Shown here in pieces: positions 14,427 to 20,000 of a DNA stretch of 20,000 bases. Position numbers and translations under genes: made by a program. Each line of letters starts with the position of its first letter. The stretch's first letter is position 1. The stretch is from Ancylonema sp. (Eukaryota), in NCBI GenBank assembly GCA_050230475.1, contig JBFLGF010000166.1, forward strand, positions 53,447 through 73,446, written 5' to 3'. The notes beneath the pieces are model-generated. The model was not told the DNA's origin. It did no database searches and saw only the letters and a list, made by a program, of their open reading frames with translations.

Positions 14427-16157
14427 ATGAGTCAGGCAGTCCATGTCTGCCTGGTTCCCGCGACGAGAACAGACGTTTGGTGCGGAGAGTGGATAGTGGA
14501 GGACGCGGTGGTGGTAGTGAAGCATCGAGCAATAGATCTGATTCCAAGGCATGACCGGTTGACTCTGAGGGTTTGGCAAACTCAGAGGGAGAGGCCGAAG
14601 TGCAGAATTTTCAGCTTGTCATATATCAACCACCGGCTTTTGTACCTCCGGTACCTGTGTTTGCGGCTTACGGCTTATTCGTTGGTGCATTTTCAGAGGA
14701 GGAGGCAGAGATGGAAAGTACTTTGGCTGTGCCCAAGTATTCAGGAGGAGGAGGGGTGGCGCAGCGCCAATTTATCGAGAATATGAAAGATATGTGGGAG
14801 GCAGAGAAGCGGAATCTCCAGAAATTCCTTAGTGGGGAATATGGCCAGTTTGAGTTCCTCAAGCGGATGTCTGGTCACGTAGAGGGACAGGCAAGATTGG
14901 TTCTGGATGATTACCGCCGGTCCATTGGCCATGGCAGTACCAAGGCCACCAAGGGGGAGGGCTGCTGAGTTTGGTGACAGGCTAGGAAAGGGAGATGAGG
15001 AGTTCTTTAGCCCTGGCTACCCACGTTAGATGCTGGCAATGAGGGTGGGAGAGGAGGGTGATGAAAACGGAGTGGAACTGGAATTCTACGTGGGGGAGAT
15101 GTGGATTGTCATGGACGTACCAGTGGTACACGTCAGGCCACCATTTCAGATGATGGCACCCCGCGCTCGTGGAGGGCGGTCGGGAGGAGGGAGTGCTGAA
15201 CCAGTGCGCGCTTCCGAGAGGCTGAGGAGCATGGAGAGGGGAGGGGGTAATAGTCTAGCAAGCAGATTGGGACCCCAGAGTGCGGGGGCAGCTCAATGAG
15301 GGACGCGATCAAGCTCGCCGGGGACAGCTGATTTGAGACGGGTGATCCTGAACGTGGGGAAGCGTTTGGAGATGGAGGAGGGAGCAGAGAGGGCAGTGCA
15401 AGCAGCTGGGGTCCTTGCGTCAGAAGCAACGGCGGCAGAGAGGAGGGGCCCGGGGAGACCTAGGAGGGTGATCTTCGCACACAACACTCAGCCGCATGAT
15501 ATAGTGTACCCGACTGAGAGAGCAGATAGAGGGCCAGCAGTTCAGATCAGACCCGGGATGAATGTCACGGGCGCGACACCTCCACCATCCGCAATGGCGA
15601 CAGGTGCACCAGCAGTGTTTGTAGGGGAGAGCAGTACTGTGCGGGTCCCAATGGGGTACCCTCCAGGGATGGACACTGCAGCAGGGAGAGCACTACAGGA
15701 GGCAGCCGATTTGCAATTTGGGTCCTATGACTGGCGGGAGGAGTATGGCCGATACGGCCGAGAGCCAGTTTCGATAGAAGTGGCGGAGGAGGGGATACAA
15801 GAGGTGGTGTATAATGCCAAGGAGAGGGAGAGGCTGGTGGAACTAGAGGCGGCCAGCAAGTACCTCGACGGGAAACTTGCAGAGACAATGCCAATTATGA
15901 CGGGGAGGTTGGAGGTGGTACGGGACCTCAAAAAGCTGGCTGACTCAGGGGAAGTAATAGACCAGGCAAAAATGATTCAGATCATGGGGAGGGGGTTGGG
16001 AACACAAGGGGAGCTGCTAGCAAACATGCTGGCAGAGAAGTTTAAAACCCTAAAAAGAAACTTCCACGGGCTACAAGCAGAGGTCTTGCAGAAAAATATG
16101 GATCAGTACGGGGGGTTGAGGTCATTAGTGGAGGGGGATCCACTACCTGCGGGCTAG
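14427..16157 (+). pseudogene. gag-like region of the retroelement polyprotein (disrupted)
   Basis: Starts MSQAVHV...; frameshifted segment AVPKYSGGGGVAQRQFIENMKDMW...LKRMSGHVEGQARLVLDDY resembles a gag N-terminus. ORFs at 15030 and 15333 share the frame of the downstream protease. The call rests largely on position. Confidence 0.55.
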
Positions 16158-16190
16158 GTAGAAGGGGGAGGGAAGAAGGGACCCTGGAGT

Positions 16191-16570
16191 GTGGCTACAT
16201 TTCCAGTGAAAAACAGGGAGTTGGTGGTGAATGGCATATCCCCATTGGGAATGGTGATTCTGGATTCGGGGGCTACTAAACCTATGATTAGCTCTCGGAT
16301 GGCCCGGCGTATGGGGCTCACAGAGGAACACATGACAGTGGGGGTGTCATTTGTTATAGCCGCGGGGAAGATGGCGACGGGTCAGCGCATGACCTGGGAG
16401 AAGCTGCGTTTTACCCTTGCTACTGGAACACGCTACGAAACCACTTACGAGGAGGTAGCTTTCGTAGTAGACACAGAGTGTTACGATATACTACTGGGGA
16501 TGGAGGTGATTGGGCCCATAGGGGGGGTTTATGACTCATGGGTTGAGGTTTTTACGTGGAGAGTCGACTA
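16191..16570 (+). pseudogene. Retropepsin-type aspartic protease domain
   Basis: VILDSGATKPMISSRMARRMGL (catalytic D at 16263-16265) and CYDILLGMEVI (ILLG at 16488-16499). Confidence 0.9.
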
Positions 16571-17546
16571 CCAACCATCGCTCAGCGGCTGTGGGGGGGG
16601 GGACGTTCAGAGGGATGTTACCAGCTCAGGGTAGGATGACAGATGAGGAGTGCAGGGCAGTGCGCTCAACACTCCCAATGCAGGCCATGGCACTGGGGAG
16701 GATCCACAGGGAGTGGTCGGGAGAGGTTCAGATGCAGTCTGCTCCGAGGCTGAGGAGGGTCAGTTTGAGGATGCGGAGAGCGACACTTCTTACGAGTGGG
16801 AGGAAGGAGAGGAAGGGGATATGGGGGGGGGTGAGAGTGAGGGAGTGGTGGAGTTAGAGTGGGAAGGGGAGGTGCAGAATCTGGCACTGCTTACTCTGCT
16901 GGAGCAGATGGAGGAGCAGGCAGCCCGGGGGTGGGATACGGATGGGGAGATAGGTAGAGGGGTGGCGCTCAATGAGGCCAACCTCTTAGTGGAGGAGGAA
17001 ATGGGTGGAAAAAGTCCGGGGTGGGCTGAGGAGGGGTATGGGGGGGGTAATGGGGAAGCCTGGGATAAGTTTCAAGGCATGTCGGTCACGGAGTTGGGAG
17101 ATAGCCCAAGGGAGGGTGGGCCAACCGCCCAACCGCGGCTCGAGGGAAGCCAACCGCGGCTGGGGCCCCAACCGCAGCAGAGGCTGGGAATGGGGGTGGA
17201 GGGGGAGATTCAAGGCTGGGGGAAGCACACGAGGGTAGTGCAACCTGACCCCAGGGTCATGGTGGGGGGGGTGGCTGTGAAAAGCACACGACAAAGCCAG
17301 CCCCAAACGCGGTTGGGGGAGCTGATTGGAGTCCCTAGTGAGGCAGATGTGCGGGTGGTGGAAGTGCAGCAGACGGATGCAGCACAACGGACAGCGGCAG
17401 CTTTGAGGCTGCTAAAGGCAAGGGAGAGGCTGCTGGGAAAAGCCAGAAAGGAGAGATCCTGGAAGTGGGTGGGGGCACCAATGAGGGGAGCAGCACCGAT
17501 TAACACAAGGGTCGTGAGCCTGAGGGAAGAGGCAGTAAAGGAGGGA

Positions 17547-18500
17547 GTGCATATTGTTGAGCTTTTCAGTGGCATCGGCCTGGGGGGCACTGGAGCAGCC
17601 TTGGCGGCAAGATTGAGGGTGCGGCTGGTGTCGTGGATCCTATCTCCAACCGGATCAACGAAGGGGTGATCGAGAAACCGATTCTCGTGTATCCAAGACA
17701 ACTTAACAGGGGGGCATTTATTGGCTGGGAGAAGAGGTTGCCACAAGATGTGGGGCTGATTGGGGAGATGGCGCTGGTAAATCTGATTGCGCAGAACGGG
17801 GAGGTGGACATTTTGGGGGCTGGATGGGAGTGCCAGAGTATCAGCCGGGGGGGCGAGCAGGAGGGGTACGCGGATAGGCGATTCTAGTATTTATACGATC
17901 TGGTGCGCATTCTTGGGTGGCTGCAGCATCACCAGGACAGATCGCTAGTTTACTTTCTGGAGAGCACCTACCCGGGGGAGCTGACCAAGATGCCTGAGTC
18001 GGTGCAAAAGACTGCACGGCTGATAGAGTCCTTCATTGGACTGGGGGTGGTTCTGGACGCGCGGGGGTTGGGAGCAGCCAGCCATCGGCTGCGCTACTTC
18101 TGGACAAACGCAATGGATCGGGATGAGCTGCAGGAGGCAGTCCCGTAGGATCTACTCCTAAATCCACCGGTGAGGGAGATCTTGAGGGAGTATCGCATCC
18201 CCAAGGCACCTGCTTTCACCGACTTCCCGCCTCAAGTCGTGAGGAATTTCCAGGGAGGGGAGAGGATCCTGATGCCGACAATCGTCAGCTTCCAGGGTAG
18301 CTATGCCTTCAGAACTCAGGAGGATGGGAGCCCAGGGTAAGGGCAGGTGTACAACACCAACACTCACAGGTGGGAGGAGCCAGATGTGGGTGAGAAGGAG
18401 CAGCTGTTGGGGTTCCCGGAGGGGACCACTAGAATGGAGGGGGTTTCCGCGAAACAGCGAGCGGAAAGGCTGGGAAAGTGCATGGAGGGCAATACCATGA
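17547..18500 (+). pseudogene. C5 cytosine DNA methyltransferase domain within the retroelement polyprotein
   Basis: Motif I IVELFSGIG (~17553); frameshift ~17630; III LPQDV; IV DILGAGWECQSIS (Cys 17831-17833); VI YFLEST (17951-17968); VIII SHRLRYFWTN (~18080-18109); IX EKEQLLGFP (18392-18418); X QRAERLGKCMEGN (to 18493). Stops at 17885, 18146 and 18338. Confidence 0.9.
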
Positions 18501-19659
18501 GTGTGGTTGGGGGCTCTGTGGAGAGCCAGCATGAGCAGCTAGGGAGGCGCTGCCACCCAACCCCTAAAAGATCACGGGTTGGGGGGGCCAGCCTCAGTCC
18601 AAGGGGGGCTGCGGGAGGGTGCGGTTGGGGCGCGGTTGGGGGCAACTCGCCAGGGCACACATAACTGGAGCTGGGGAGCTCGGAAACATAATAGTGAAAA
18701 CCACAGGAGTGATTTCAAAAGGCCAGCCCTCCAGCATACGGAATGTATGCTGGTCTCATAGGGGGAGGGGAGATGGCGGATGCACAAAAAGTGGTGCAGG
18801 CGCTGCTAGACTTCGATTCTGAAGCTGAAACTTTGGAAGCAGCTAGAGGGCATCAAAAAGATCCAAGAAAGCAGCTGGGTTTATCCAGAATCAAAGGGAG
18901 CAGCTCAGGACATCAATTACCATTGCCAGCTGGCCTGCCCGACATAAAAATGGCTGAGGGACAAGCTGAGGTGGCGATTTTGCACCTTCAGCAAGAAAAA
19001 TCTGTAATTTTGGAATCTGATAGGGAGGAGGTTAAGGAGCCAGGAACACTAAACAGATCAGTATTTGGAAATGTCAGAAACCCGGGAGAGCTAGGTAGCT
19101 CAGCCAATCAAAAATGCCAAAATTATGTGCAGAATTCAGAAAAAGAGCTGTTAAACCCTAGGGTTTTGGAACCAGAAGCAGGATTTCGATATGGTAGTGA
19201 GAATAGGATAGGGATTTCCAGCAAGTCATCCCATGTACTCAGAAACTGAATATCAAAGATTTCCAGCCCTTTTTACTACTCTGAGTGTAAAATGGATTTG
19301 GCCAGATCTGAAATCCAAGATTTGGATTTGCAGATAGGGGTTCTAGGGTGGGATGTCATGGATCTAAAAAAAACATAGATGGGAGCAAGAGATATCCATA
19401 GCACCATTTCACTCTGGATTTGGAGCAGAACTGAGGCCTACAGAGCTGCAGATGGCTGCTCTGGGGGAGAGGAAGCGGTTGGGGGAGGTTGGGGGTGGGG
19501 AGGTTGGGGCCCCGCTGAAAAGTTCAGAAAATCATAAAAATATATAAACAAAAAAATTGCAGGAGAAGTTTGGGGGGAATGGTAGCCAGCACTCAGGGGT
19601 AGGAGTGAGCACTAAAGGTGGGATCTTAAACCCAAAACCTGATTTTTCTGAGAATTTTA

Positions 19660-19937
19660 AGAAAAGCAAGGTTGGGGGGGGGGTAAAGGAAAGGGACCAG
19701 CTACTGGTGTTGGAGCTGCTGAGGGAGAACAATGATCGCTTTGCTTACAGCATGGAGGACCTGGAGCAGTGAAAGGGAGGGCCAATGAGCATCGGGGTGG
19801 TGTCAGAGGGGAGGGTTTACAGGCCGCCGCACAAACTCGGGGAAAAGGAGTGGAAGTTTGTGGAGAAGCAGTGCGAGAAGCTGGAGAAGCTAAAGTTCAT
19901 CAGGAAATCAGTCCAGACCAAGTATGCTTCGGCTACT
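19660..19937 (+). pseudogene. N-terminal fragment of a Ty3/Gypsy reverse transcriptase
   Basis: LELLRENNDRFAYSMEDLEQ*KGGPMSI...VYRPPHKLGEKEWKFVEKQCEKLEKLKFIRKSVQTKYASAT matches the typical Gypsy RT lead-in. Similarity breaks right after YASAT, where a VVVxKK-like segment is expected. Confidence 0.82.
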
Positions 19938-20000
19938 AAAACGATTTGTCACTTGACACGGTAGCGCACAAGTTCACTGCTTTACAATACACGACAATAA

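Larger units (their letters stand above)
13561..19937 (+). mobile_element. Decayed, 3'-truncated Ty3/Gypsy LTR retrotransposon carrying a C5 DNA methyltransferase
   Basis: Order is LTR, gag-like region, retropepsin (LDSGA), DNMT motifs I-X, then a Gypsy-type RT N-terminus. Multiple in-frame stops and frameshifts. Confidence 0.88.

Noticed and set aside
15027..18340. Alternative genetic code (TAG/TAA = Gln) explaining the in-frame stops
   Set aside because: The host gene appears to end in TAA (11772-11774), and the element also has TGA stops and frameshifts, so decay is simpler.
17547..18500. Bacterial restriction-modification methylase or contamination
   Set aside because: It is embedded in a retroelement polyprotein next to a spliced eukaryotic gene, with no endonuclease or operon context.

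Overview
Eukaryotic, plant-type DNA, probably from a streptophyte (inferred from a spliced plant-type R3H/SUZ gene and a DNMT-bearing Ty3/Gypsy element). The window is mostly transposon-derived. From left to right: a ~500 bp hAT-like MITE (795-1290); two ~800 bp direct repeats (3074-3873, 4811-5612) flanking a decayed minus-strand ORF ending in a CCHC zinc knuckle; an LTR-like copy on the minus strand (7169-7992); an intact-looking six-exon R3H+SUZ RNA-binding protein gene (8706-11774) with a long (TA)n in intron 3; and a decayed Ty3/Gypsy element (13561-~19937). That element has a TG..CA LTR, a gag-like region, a retropepsin, a complete C5 cytosine DNA methyltransferase domain (motifs I-X) and the start of a reverse transcriptase. 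Its LTR is followed by a 16-nt perfect complement of an LTR-internal hairpin rather than an obvious tRNA primer site, suggesting self-priming. All calls come from reading and translating by eye; no searches were run.
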